Assembly: GCA_965603825.1 (NCBI GenBank)
Contig: CBFDEM010000028.1
Coordinates: forward strand, 434,001-498,000
DNA: 64,000 nucleotides
Source: Blepharisma stoltei ATCC 30299
Lineage: Eukaryota; Protista; Ciliophora
Direction: 5' to 3'
Shown: positions 24,302 through 36,963 of the stretch, in pieces
How the letters are laid out: every line of letters starts with the position of its first letter
Numbering within the stretch: position 1 is the stretch's first letter
Notes under the pieces: model-generated
The model's database searches: none
What the model was told of the DNA's origin: nothing
What the model saw: only the letters and a program-made list of their open reading frames with translations
Program-made: the position numbers and the translations under genes

Positions 24302-26398
24302 ATGGAAAAATTACCTTTTAGAGTTGAGAAAGATAAAAGAAGATGGTCAGCTTTATCGATAATGCAAAGCATAACGAAAAGAAAAACAGCGTTTTTTATG
24401 CCGATTCAAACAATGAAAACAGCAACTCCAGCTAAGAAAAGCTTTTTTCCTAGCAAAGAAGTTATAAGAAGGGAAAAGAAAACTGATTGTTTTGTTTTTA
24501 ACCCAACGAGCATGATAAAAGTTCTCTGAGACGGTATGATTTCTATACAAGCAATTTATTTAGCACTTATAATACCGTTTTCGTTGAGTTTTATGCAGAA
24601 AATTGATAGAGATATGATGAGCCCTATAGAAATCTGCTTTATGTTTGACTTATTTTTGAATTTTAACACAGCTTGCTATATTCATGGAATTTTGGTTGTT
24701 GACAGAAAAAGAATATTTTTTCATTATTTATCTTCATATTTTCTCTGAGATTTTATATCAATTGTCCCTTATGAACTCTTTCTCAGTGATATGAATGAAG
24801 AAGCTGGCCATGGATACAGCTTAAATTACTGGCATTGATCTAGAATCTTTTGATTATTTCGTCTAACAAGAATGCTAAAGTTAAAAAAGCTTATTTACAA
24901 TATAGATGATATTTATCCTAGTCCCTATGTATATTTCATCACAAGAGCTACAGCCTTTTTACTTTTGGCATTGCTGTCTGCTCATTGGATAGCTTGTATT
25001 ATGCACAGTGTATGATATTATTCACTAAGCTCCAATGGTGATATGTGGACACACTATATCGATGCAAAATATCCCCAATATTTAATAAGACTGGAAGAAG
25101 CTGTTGTTACAATGGCAACAGTGGGGTATGGAAATATAACTCCTCAATCTATTTCAGAAAAAATCTTTACTATAATTGTTGAAGCTTTTACTTCAGGTTT
25201 CATTGGATTTTTAGTTAGTGGGATTGGCAGTACTTTAGAGAAATCAACAAAAGATTCAATATATTTCAATAATTTAAAGCAAAGGTTAAAAACATATATG
25301 CACAATCATCAAATTCCTCATACATTAAGAAGAAAAGTCTTTATTTATTTAGAGCATCTTTATTTATATCATAAACGTAATATTTTAGATGAAAAAGAAA
25401 TATTAAAAGCTCTTTCTGAGCCTCTACAGCGAGATATTTATATCCACACAAGGGGGCATGTCTTAATGAGAAGTGTGCCATTTAGAGACTATTCCTACAC
25501 ATTTCTCAAATATTTAGGACAAAAGCTTGAAGTAGAGCTATTTTCTCCATGTGACTCAATTTTTAAGCAAGGCCAGAAAAATACCAATATTTATCTTGTC
25601 AGGCATGGTAGGGTCGAAATTTATCATCAGGCAACTGGGACTATTTTTGCACAACTTCATGAAGAAAAGTACTTTGGAGAAATCGCATTTTTCTTAGGTA
25701 GAAAAAGATGTGCCTCGGCTAGATGTCTGGATTTTTCTGAAATTTTCAGTTTAAGCAGAGAGACTTTTAAACGATTTTTGATAAAATTTCCAAAAGAAGC
25801 GGAAATGACACAAATTATTGTAAATAACTGCAAAGGGAAAAATTTAAGCTATCTAGGTGTGAGGTGCTATTTTTGCCATGAAGTTGGCCATGTTGCTTCA
25901 GATTGTGAAAAATATGTCTATAAAATTGACCACGAAGAAATAATTAATCGTGCAAATTATTCGAAAAATGCTTTAAAAAGAACGATCACAGAAAATGCTA
26001 TTTTTCAGAAAAAGCACGAAATTTCTCCTTTTTCAAGATATGGGCTGCATAATATTCAGGGAGATGAAATTAGTCCACTTAATTTATTTAAAGATAGAAA
26101 TAGCCTAGCTTTCAAAGCTAGGGCATATGGCGGACGTAAAGTTCATGGAGAAAAGGCAAGAAAAACGATAATAACGCTTCTTGATGATGATATGAATGAC
26201 ATCTCTGAAGATAGAGACTATTATCTTAACGTCCCAAACAATATAAGGTTTGGAGAAATGTATGCACAAAGAAGAAAAACCCAGGCTTGCCCAGTGCATT
26301 TAACCCCTTCTGAAGAGTTTTTAGAAGGTGAGGAAAGTGCAGAAGTCAGGGATACAAACGAAGCTTCTAGCTATCGAGAAAGAGAATTTTTATTATAG
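24302..26398 (+). CDS. Cyclic-nucleotide-binding channel with CCHC knuckle (tandem copy 2)
   Basis: Colinear paralog of copy 1; TVGYG, YFGEIAF..RCASAR, CYFCHEVGHVASDC. Confidence 0.9.
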
Positions 26399-26553
26399 AA
26401 GAAGATGGCAAGTTTATAAATTTTTGATGTAACACTTATATGTATTGATTTAATAAAATTTATTAAAATAAACTTATTTATAAATAAATTGTAATTTCTC
26501 ATTACAAATCTTGATTTTTACTATTAATAAAGTCTAATATTATAAATTTTTAT

Positions 26554-27432
26554 ATGTCAGATTGCTGCAGGATTTGCCTAGAAGACGATGATGTAAAAAA
26601 TCTCATAATTCCTTGCATATGTAAAGGAACCCAAAAATACATCCACCCCAGCTGCTTATATCGTTGGCAAGAGACGATGTTAAATAATCATTTGAATTTC
26701 CCTGAAAGGTTCAGCTCAGACCAAATTTTACGCTGCCGCCAGTGCAATACCAAATATAAGTATCATTCCTCAGATCCCAGATGAAAATTTCTATATTCAG
26801 CCTCGCCTTTACTGACTTTGATGAGACGCTATACAATTATGTTATCCCTTGCCTTTGGATGTTTCCTCTGGGCGACATCATTTTTATTCTTCCCTTTTTT
26901 CTTGAATTTATTGATGATTTCTATAATTTGCTTTTCATTTGTATGGTATAAAGGAATCAGACCAAGGTTTTTTATCACAGAAGACGGGATAAGAATCGGT
27001 TTCATTAGAATCGGTATTCCAGTCCCTCAGCTTAGAGCTGGGGTGATTTTAAAGGCTAGTTCCATTATTTCTGGAGGGATTTTTTACCAGTCTAGAATTT
27101 TGATAACGAAATATGACATAAACGAAGGCGCTGTAGGGTTTATTATTAATAAAAACAGAGGTAAGCTGCATTTAGATAATGATTATATTGGAGGTCCTGT
27201 ACAGCCTGAGTCTGTACACATTTTGCATGATAATCCTGAGGTGGAAGGATGTGAAAGGATTTGTGAAGGAATTTACTTGGGTGGTAGAATGAACCCAAGA
27301 CCTGAAAACACTAGGACAATGGTAATATATGGATACTCTGGGTGGAGCTCGCTACAATTAGATGGTGAAGTGAGGGCTGGAGTATGGGAAATCGAAGGGA
27401 ATGTGAGGATTCAAGATTTCTTTGGTAATTAA
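26554..27432 (+). CDS. RING-CH (RINGv) + 2 TM + DUF179/YqgE(AlgH)-like fusion
   Basis: CRIC..PCICKGT.KYIHPSC..W..CRQC; hydrophobic pair; GAVGFIINK, GGPV, GYSGWSSLQLDGEV..GVW; joined by TGA 26782. Confidence 0.82.
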
Positions 27433-27897
27433 TTTTTAATTGTATTGCTATTAGCTAGCAATCGAATTAAAAGTAATTTTACTGCGAATTAAAAAGGGTA
27501 GGAATGCGATTAAAATATTAAAAATCAGAAGAAATAAAATCAAGATTAGGCAAATTAGGAACTTTACGCAAAAAGATTAAGGCGACAACAGATATAGCTT
27601 ATATTGAATTAAATTTTGTTAATAAATTGATATTTTATTCTGCATTAAATCTAATCTATTCTAATAATTAAAATATAAGCTAAAGCTTAAGCTATCTTAT
27701 TTTCTTCACAACTTTTGTAATATCTCAAATTTCTAAAAATTCATTTCCAAGCTTTCTTTTTCTCCTAGCTCTTCTTTATTCCTCCATGCAAAAGCCTTAT
27801 TAATCCAATATAATTTCACTTTTTCCAATAAAGTTTCTTTCTCTTCACACAATTCTCTTAATCTTTCAATCTCTTATAATATTTCGGGTGGCTAAAA

Positions 27898-28492
27898 ATG
27901 GGCAAGAACTACAGGAACTGTAAGCTTTATCTTAGATGGAAAGACTGCTAAATCTCCTAAGCGTCCATTTGAGAAGGAACGTCTTGATCAAGAACTTATG
28001 CTTCTTGGGCAATACGGTCTGAGAAACAAACGTGAGGTTTGGAGAGTCCAACTTACCCTTGCCAAGATCCGTAAAGCAGCAAGAGAACTTTTAACTTTAG
28101 AAGAGACTGCTCCTAGAAGAATTTTCGAAGGTAACGCCCTTATTCGCAGAATGGTGCGCTTAGGGCTCTTAAATGAAAATGAAAAGAAGCTTGATTTTGT
28201 CCTTGGATTGACCTTACAAAAATTCTTAGAGAGAAGACTCCAAACTAAGGTATTCAAGAAGAACATGGCAAGAAGCATTCACCACGCAAGAGTTCTCATC
28301 AGACAAAGACACATAAGAGTTGGTAGACAAATTGTCAACGTACCTAGCTTTAATGTTAGAGTTGATAGTGAAAAATATATTGAATTTGATCCTAACTCAT
28401 CACTTAGCAATGGAAAAGCTGGCAGAGTTAAGAGGAGAAACATCGCTAAGAAGGCAAAGAAGACTGAAGCTGAAGGAGAAGATGAAGATTAA
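27898..28492 (+). CDS. RPS9: 40S ribosomal protein S9 (uS4); 16-nt intron 27920-27935
   Basis: [37 protein letters not shown]; splicing restores the conserved N-terminus. Confidence 0.97.
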
Positions 28493-29130
28493 ATAATCTT
28501 TCTTAGTTATTATGCATTTTAGTAAATATAATAATTATTTACTTGAAATATTTGCTTGCCACTTCGCCTTTTTACAAATTTACGTAAAAATATTTATGGC
28601 AGGTACTTAATTGAATAAACTTTAGATTAGAAAGATCTCAAAAAAAATTCTGTTATATTTTTTAAAATGACAGAGTATAAAATTTTGATTTTTTAAATCT
28701 ACAATCTCTATTTTACTTCACCTACTATTAAATTTGCATTAGGCTTATTTCCGCTCTCCTTCACCTTCAGCTTATAAAAATAAACTCATAAAAATTAATA
28801 CCATATTCACTGCTTAATATCAGACAATAAAATTAGCATTAAAAAACCTTATAGCCTACCAATCATGCAAAACCCAATTAATTTATCATATATCCATTAT
28901 AATTAGTCTTATTTTAATTCCTAATGAAAAATATAAATAACTGCAATAATTTTTACAGCTTCTCTTCCTCGCCTATTCCATATTACTTATATCCTTATTA
29001 TTCCTTACAAATAAGCTCTTATTCCATGATCTAAGAAATTTAATTATGAAAATTCTCCTCACTAACAAAAATTGTTCACTCTTTTGTATTACTCGCTGTT
29101 AAATATATGGTTTATAAATCATATTAATTT

Positions 29131-29829
29131 ATGTCAAAATCTCAATCCTTCATTACGTCTCTCCTGTGTGGCAAAAAGAAGAAATCAAAGTCTAAGAAGC
29201 AAGACGAAATAAAACCCCCAAATTCTATGTGCACATTTCAAGAATTCATTACCTCAAATTTAAATGCTGAGACACAAACACCGGCTAACTTCGAAAACTC
29301 GATAAAATCGAGCTTATCCTTACCACACCTGAGCAACGCTCCAAGTTCTCCAATTAATAGAAAATCATCAATTGTCGTTAAAAAAGTTTCAGGGAATTTC
29401 TTCCCTCAGCTTAGTAAGCCTAAAATTGAAACTTCAAGGTCAGACTGGTCTACAGCTTCAAGTCACAATTGGCTGAATTCTCTTGAATTCGCTGGAGAGC
29501 CGCTGATGTCAAATAATACTTTTTCAGAGCTATTTAACAGCAATAAGGAGACCATAACTTGGAGTAAAAAATACAGCCAAGAAACTCCTAGCCTGAAATT
29601 CAATGACCCATTTGTCGCAAATAGCGTCACTAAAATGCCAAGAGTTATCCCTATAACCCCCAGACAAGTTTTTAGAGGAAGAGCTTTTGCTAGAAATATT
29701 TTAGCGAAGCCTGATATGTCTAAATGTAGCTCAGCACCAGTGATGCTTGTAGAGAAAAGCAGATTGCAGTTGAATTTAAACGTTGACGTTTATGAAGGTG
29801 AGAGCTCAAATAGCTTGGTTAATCTATAA
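29131..29829 (+). CDS. Hypothetical S-rich protein
   Basis: 232-aa ATG..TAA ORF; N-terminal CGKKKK. Confidence 0.7.
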   Translation: MSKSQSFITSLLCGKKKKSKSKKQDEIKPPNSMCTFQEFITSNLNAETQTPANFENSIKSSLSLPHLSNAPSSPINRKSSIVVKKVSGNFFPQLSKPKIETSRSDWSTASSHNWLNSLEFAGEPLMSNNTFSELFNSNKETITWSKKYSQETPSLKFNDPFVANSVTKMPRVIPITPRQVFRGRAFARNILAKPDMSKCSSAPVMLVEKSRLQLNLNVDVYEGESSNSLVNL

Positions 29830-29903
29830 AATGCCTGCTAAAGTAAATGAAATTATTTTAAATTTTGCGCTAATTAATCTCAAGATTTCAATTATTAACT
29901 GGG

Positions 29904-30365
29904 CTATAAATGCTCTTGGTCAGTGCTTGCTCTACGAATAACAGTTTCAGTGAAAATTCCGCTGGCAAAGTTGATTGATTTTTTGTTTTGCTCAGAATTT
30001 AGAGGGACTTGTTCTGAGGCTTCTTCTTGGGGTTCTTCAAGGGTTGTCTTTTGGAAGCGTAGTCCTTGGAAACAGTTGATTCTAGGCATAAGAATACGTC
30101 TTCCTTGCAAAAATATCGAATGTGTTGCTGCTTTTTCCTCAGAAGGAGTCTTTTTCAAGCATTTTATGATAACGAACAGAATTGACATAGCAAAAATCCC
30201 AATGGCAATCCCAAGTCAAACCCATATGTACCTGTAAAATATATAAAGAATTTGTGTACAGATGTTTTCTTCTGGCTTCAATAATTCCATATCTTTCATG
30301 GAGACTGGAGGTGGTATTGATTTGCTTAAAACAATAGAAAGGAGGGCAAAGTATAGGTAAAGCAT
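29904..30365 (-). CDS. Small single-pass membrane protein with signal peptide (~153 aa)
   Basis: MLYLYFALLSIVLS signal; TM YIWV-W(TGA)-LGIAIGIFAMSILFVII joins two track ORFs. Confidence 0.65.
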
Positions 30366-30898
30366 TTTTATAAATAATAGCAAAAAAACGGACATCTCCA
30401 CAAAATATAAACTTATGAAGAAACTCCAATAGATGCATATATTTGGCAGTCATCTATAAGGTTTTCGATTGATTAATTATTTAAAAATGCGAATAGTCAA
30501 AACAATAAACAATATAAAAGTCATCAAATAATTAATAAAACAAACGCCTAATAGTCAGGTTTATTGCTGTTTAATGAATCTCTAAGATTTATCAAAGGTA
30601 AATGTTTTCTTCTATCTATGTTGCTTACTTATCCTTCAGTTAAATAATTATACTTTAAAAAGTTGAATAAAATGTTAAAATTTTGACTCTAAGAGTGCCT
30701 TCTAGCTATATTTTAGTCATTAAAAAGGCAAAAGTGGCTCCTTATATAATTTTTCTAAATATCAGCTGGATTTGCTATTATTAATAACCTTAAAATTTGT
30801 TATAATTAAGCAAACGAATATGGCATCTATTCGAACAAATGATTTAAAAAGAATTTCTCTAAAAACTTTCATATAATTTCCAACGTAAATATTTAAAT

Positions 30899-33800
30899 AT
30901 GCTAAACTCCAGAAAAAGAGACCTTTTAAGCAACACAAACTCTTTTTCAATTCAACAGTCCCGCATAAGCGAAACAAGTTTCTTTAGCAGCACTGCTCAG
31001 CACTCAATGCTCCAGGAGCTTGGCTTATGCGACAATCTTGTCTATTTACAAGAACATAGTGAAAATTCTATTTATAAGACCATTTCAAATCGTTATGAAT
31101 CAAACATGAACTTTACCTTTGCTGGGCCTTTACTGCTGAGTGTTCATAAAGAGAATGATAGTTCTCAGTATGAATTTGATAAAAGAGAAGAGTACTCTGA
31201 AGCTTCAAATATTCTTTCTCCTCACCTGTACAGCATAAGCTCAAAGGCATATTTTCATATGAAAGAAGCCAAACAAAACCAAGTCATTTCGCTATTAGGG
31301 TTATCAGGATCTGGGAAGACCTTTAGTACTATCCATTTAATTGACCATTTAATATACATATCATGCAAACAAGAATCAAGCTTAAAAATGCCAAATGAAT
31401 TTTTTGATTTACTTCACTCAGGAATCCAAGCTTTGCATATAATGGGATCTATTGCAACTAAAGAAAATTTAGAATCCACATGCTGTGGGATGGTTACAGA
31501 AATACATTTTGATTCAGAATTCAGAAGTATTGGAGGGAGTATCAAGGCTAAATTATTAGATATTACTCTTCCTAACTCAGCTGGGAGAACTTATAACATT
31601 CTCCATGCATTATTAACAAATACAAGACAGAATTTACAAAATTTAGGCCTATCAAACCAAAGCTCCAAGCTTTTGAATAATAATGCTAAAGCTAATGATT
31701 TGAATCAAAAAATACATGATGGAGATGTACTGAAAAGGTTTTTCGATAATTTAAAGAGCTTAGGAATTCAAAGAAAAGATATTAATAATTTACTTGAAGT
31801 TCTAGCAGCTGTTGTGCATTTTTATGATATAACTTTTGCGTCTACTGGGTTTATTACTGCTGGGCAAAAAGATGGCACAAAATTTTTACCTAGGCATAGA
31901 GTAGCTGTCCAAAAAGTCTGCAGGCTACTGGGGACGACTGAAGAAAAATTCAATGAAAATTTTTCTAATTCCGGATCAAAATATGAGGCGGAATCTAGAA
32001 TGAATGATTTAGCTAGATACATTTATAATCTAGCATTTGACTGGCTTGTTATTAAAATTAATGAACAATTGGGCCTCAAAGCAAAATCTTTTGTAGAAAA
32101 GAGAGTATTAAACGAGTTAAAAAATCTATCAGCAAAAAATAAGAAAGAAAAAAGCGAAGATTTGTTTGAAAAATGCAGAAAAATGTATACGATTTCTATT
32201 GTCGATTTTCCTGGCTTTAGGAATTATGAGACTCTTGGAGGTTTTTGCTCGAATCTCGCCTTTGAATGTTTGAACTTTTATTCTTCAGGAACTTATATGA
32301 AACTTTTAGCATCCCTTGCAGAAGAAAAGGTTTCTTTTAAGTTTTTGGAAATTCCAAAAAGCCGATTTATTGTTGATTTTTCCTTAGCGAAGGATTTTGG
32401 CTTACTCCCAAACTTGATTTCTCCTGATTTTGACAGATATTGAAAAGCATTTAAACAGACAGTTTCTCAAGAAGAAAGTGACTGCAGAAATATTATCCAA
32501 ATATCGTCAGACTCAAAATTCATAATGAAATATACATGGGGAGAAACAGAATACGATATAAATGATTTAAGAAATGAAGCCTGCAGCAGCTATTCTCCAC
32601 AAATAAACTACCCGTTTCTCGTAAAATGCACTAATCCTATTATCGCAAGTATGCTCAAATTTAACGAAAAAAGAGAGCAATTTACTGGATCATATTATAA
32701 TTTTGCTGATTTTTTAAGGAAATCATTAACATATCTATTAGGGCCATTAGGCGAAAATCAATGCTTCGTGATTTACTGTATGAAAACTCCAAGTTCAAGG
32801 CTTGACTATGAAGAATGTATATCATTGTTCAGGTCAACCCTTGTAATTCCAAGTTTATTATGGGAATGATATGGATACCCTAACTGAATTTCAAAAGAAA
32901 AGTTTATAAGTGACATTTCTCCATCATTGAATTTGGACTTTGAAGCCACACATACATTTATTGAATCATTTCTTAAAAAGCTACTTAATCATGAAGATTT
33001 TATTGTAAGTTTACGATATTTGGTCTTGAAAAACGATGATATAGCGATATTAAATGAGTATGTAAATAAACATAACCATAAAGATATCGCTTCTGAAATG
33101 AGCTTTGATATTTCAAATAACTCAATTGATGGGAAAAGATCAGTAAAATCAAAAAGCAATAAAAATAATTTTGAAGTAAATAACTTGTTTGGATACAGCA
33201 TTTCAGGGAATACAGTAGATATTGTTGAGCCTCGCATGCACGATTATCTTGATTCACTGTATACAGTAGAAGAAATGTCTTTTGAAAGGATTGAGCTAAC
33301 AGACTCATTCTTAGATAGAAAAACAAAATCTAATACAAGTTTGCAGATAAAATCTAAAGAAAACATCATAAAAATCTCTTCAAGCAAAGATTTTATGTCA
33401 ATTGCCCATTATTGCACAAACTTTAAGAGATTTGACTATAGAGATTGCATGCATGAAATAGTTACAATACAGTCTATATGAAGAGGAATAAAAACACGAA
33501 AATATTTTAATGCTTTGTTGATTCTGTATAGAAATGCGAGGATGATACAAAAACATTGAAGAGGATTTATATGTCGAAAAAAAATAAATTTTTTAAAGCT
33601 CGCTATTGTTTTAATACAGATGAAAGCAAGAAAATTCTTCAATAAAAAAGTACGGGCAGCAAGAAGAATTCAAAAATGATATAGAAAAATTCTAGCCCAA
33701 AGACAGCTTGAGCTTGAAATTCAAAATGAAATAGAACAAAATCTCTCTAAACGTAGCTCACTATCTACAAATTCAAGAACTTCTACTGATAAAAGAAATA

Positions 33801-34486
33801 AATCCTCAGAATTTGCAAATTTAAATTCCGAAATGATTAGAAAAATCGTTAGATCACATACAGAATCAGCAGTTCATGATGACGAAGTTTTATTTACCCC
33901 AAATATCCTTTCGACATCTAGAGAGCTGGCAAGGAACCATCATATTCGCCAAGGCTCTAATAATCTTCCAGTAGAAGACAGATTAAGGCTGCAAGAATGC
34001 AATAGACAGTCAAAAATCGCAGAAATTCAAAGGAAACAGAAAGAAGAAGAAGCCAGACAACTAACATTGTCACCGCATATAAATAAGCCAAGAAGCTATG
34101 ATAAATCATTTCTAGAAAGACAAGCTTTAAAGCAAGAAGAAATAAGACAAAAGCGTGAAATGCTGGCTCTAGAAAAAGCTGCAGCCACGGAAGAGCATTT
34201 TACATTTACACCTACAATAAATAAGCCTAAAGAAAAATCAACGCAAAATAACACTATAGATAATTTGTATATATGGGCAAAAATCAAAGAAAATAAGATG
34301 AACAAAGCAAGAGAAGCCCAAGATGCAGAAGTCTCAAAGCAAATGGAAGTGTTTAGAATTTCAGAAAAAAATGAAAAAATTATTCAGCAGAGAAATAAAA
34401 GAAGACAGCAAAGTTTATCTGTTGTACAAGCAATGGAAAATTCGCTATTTGCGTATTGGCCAAGTGAAAAATCTAATAAGAGTTAA
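30899..34486 (+). CDS. Highly divergent myosin-like protein with IQ motifs (1195 aa)
   Basis: FTFAGPLLLSV, SPHLYSIS, NQVISLLGLSGSGKT, FDWLVIKIN, IVDFPGF; IQSIW(TGA)RG and IQKHW(TGA)RG; four track ORFs in frame. Confidence 0.85.
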
Positions 34487-35339
34487 TTTTAATTGGAAAT
34501 TTCTTAATATTATTTTTAATAAAAAAGAATAAAAACTATGATAGATTAACTAACTTTTCTTCATGGGATAATAATAGAAACATTTGGAAACGATATTAAG
34601 TGTCATGAAAAATATACTCGATTAATAAGTAACCATTTTTAACGTTGATAATGATGCAATTTCATAATAAGATGAGGTATCAAAATAATTTTTTTATATT
34701 TATAATAAAATAATTGAATTTTAGATTTCATAGCAATCCAATCACAGGATGCTGTGGGGTGGAAATAATCAAGACTTCTAGAGCTTAGTTCAAATTTCTA
34801 GATTACTCGGTAGTGTGCGCCGTTTGGGTCATGGCTGTACAGACTTTGCGGGAGTATCATTTCTAATTCCAAAGCTGCTGCTAACAACTCAGGGAGCCAG
34901 CCAGATTCTCCATTCGGAGTCCTTTCAACTGGATTAAATTTCGCGTTCGAAAGCTCTCGCTAAGCCTGCCTTCCTTTTCTCCTGGGTTAGCACTGAAGGG
35001 AAAACTGATTGTGCGATTCCGAGCAAAGACATCAAACAAAGTAGCCTTGCATCTATTAGACAACAAGCTGTGCCTGAGTAGTGCTGGCAAAAAAATGTGA
35101 AAAACTTCTTCCCAAGCCAGACTAGAAACCAGTGGAAATTGCTTTCGGTCTCAAGGCAAAATCAATTCTTTCGTAGCTCTGTGCATCAAAAATCTAGCCC
35201 TGATATAATTACGACATTCGCACTGGAGGTCGGGTCACTCATGGCTGGCCATTTTATGTATATAAAATTAGATTTTAATGGGGGTTACAATAACTGGAAT
35301 TAGACATATTTTAATTTCGATCACTAAGGATAATAAAAA

Positions 35340-35711
35340 ATGGAATCCGATCTTTGCAATACTTGCAATAATTTTTTTATAAACCTTGATGGTTTATGCT
35401 CAGCCTGTTACAACATTAAAATTGAAAGGCTAAAAATTCTTAAATCCTTATCGGATTTTGCAAATTACTTCAAACAAGCAAAGACAAGTGTAGTCAAGAA
35501 AATTTCTCCACAATGTGATTTGTCAAAATGCTGGCTATGCCAAAAAAGAATCAAATCATTGAATTTTATATGCCAATGTGGCTATTCCTTTTGTTTACAA
35601 CACAGAATTCCAGAAGTTCACAACTGTACATTTGACTATAGAAACCACGGAAAATCAAGACTAAGCAAAGAAAACCCAAGAGTTGTTGCTGAAAAATTCA
35701 CAAGAATATAG
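35340..35711 (+). CDS. A20/AN1 zinc-finger (ZFAND-like) protein
   Basis: CNTC..GLCSACY and CWLC..CQCGYSFCLQHRIPEVHNCTFDY. Confidence 0.9.
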   Translation: MESDLCNTCNNFFINLDGLCSACYNIKIERLKILKSLSDFANYFKQAKTSVVKKISPQCDLSKCWLCQKRIKSLNFICQCGYSFCLQHRIPEVHNCTFDYRNHGKSRLSKENPRVVAEKFTRI

Positions 35712-36051
35712 TATATTGTATAATATTGCTAAACTAGTCTATTCGGGAATATTTTTGCAAAATTTAAGTTATTTTATCAAAGTTTTAGTGATAAATTATG
35801 TTTCATTTTGAAAATGACATTTCTGATATTTAAATTTTAGTTTTTAGATATTCGCCAGATTATAAGATTTAGCTTGAAATTTTTTGAAAGTAACTAAAAT
35901 TTTAGCTTTAAATCAAAAATCATATTAAAATTATTCTAGTGAATTAAACAAAAAAATAAAATTTATAATATAAACTACGAAATTGGCGGAATTGCATAGT
36001 AAATTTTTGATTATCAAATTAATTTTTCTTAATAATTAAAGACGTTTTGTG

Positions 36052-36963
36052 TTAATTTAAAATTTGGTATATCCTTGAAAAATCGTGGATTACAAAATCA
36101 ACATTTTGACTAAGAACATGTTCTAGCTGCTGGGGCATAGTTATCCCTGATAAGGTTAGCATAGATAAGATCCCTGAATTATTTGCGAATTTTAAATCTT
36201 TAGTGATAGAATCTCCAACCATGCATGTCCTGTGTGGATCAATTTCAGGGTAATTTTCTTTGAGCATATGAAACATAATAGGGTTTGGTCTACAAGTGAC
36301 GAGATCAGGCTTTCTCCCAGAAACTTTTGAAATTGAAGCAATAAGTGGGCTAACCCCGGGGTATTTTTTCCCATCCACAATGCTATAAGGCTCCAAAGAA
36401 GTAACTATAAACATAATGTCTGGTCTTTCTAGCAGTAGAGCACTCAAAGTAAGTTTTTGGAATGTAAAAGCTTCATCAAAACTCACAACAACTGCACCAA
36501 CATCTTTATCACTATTGATTTTTTCTAGGAGTTTGGATGATTCATTGCTGTGTTCTTTAAAGTCACCTACTTCAAGAACTTTAATTCCTGCTTGTTTTAG
36601 TTCTTCTGCTGCTCATACACCACCAACCAGATAGACTTTTTTAATTTCTGGATGAAATCTTCTCATGTATTCAGCGGTCATAGAACTTGGAGTGTAAATT
36701 TGATTAACCGAGGTAGTAATTCCAAAGTCATGTAATTTTTTCTGATAGCTTAATCTACTTCTTCGAGTGTATGATGGATAATATATAATATTTTTACCTA
36801 ATTGCTCAAGTGCAGAAACTGTTTGTTTGGATAAAGGAAATAGTTTGTTTCCACCATAAATAACTCCTTCAGTCTCTAGAATAAAAGTATCAATTCTACT
36901 CAAAGCACGAAGCATCTCTCCCTGTGCGACATTTGTGAGGACTTTACTATATAAAGTCGTCAT
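36052..36963 (-). CDS. HAD class IIA (phosphoglycolate/p-nitrophenyl phosphatase-like) protein, probably inactive
   Basis: FILETEGVIY in place of DxDGV, CRPNP in place of GKP, MVGDSITKD; joined by TGA 36613. Confidence 0.8.

Noticed and set aside
34960-34990. SRP RNA helix-8-like CCCAGG..GCAGG on the minus strand
   Set aside because: No pairable stem around a GNRA loop
35275-35290. AATGGGGGTTAC as an RNase MRP CR-V element
   Set aside because: No complementary CR-I found; better explained by the upstream G-run motif
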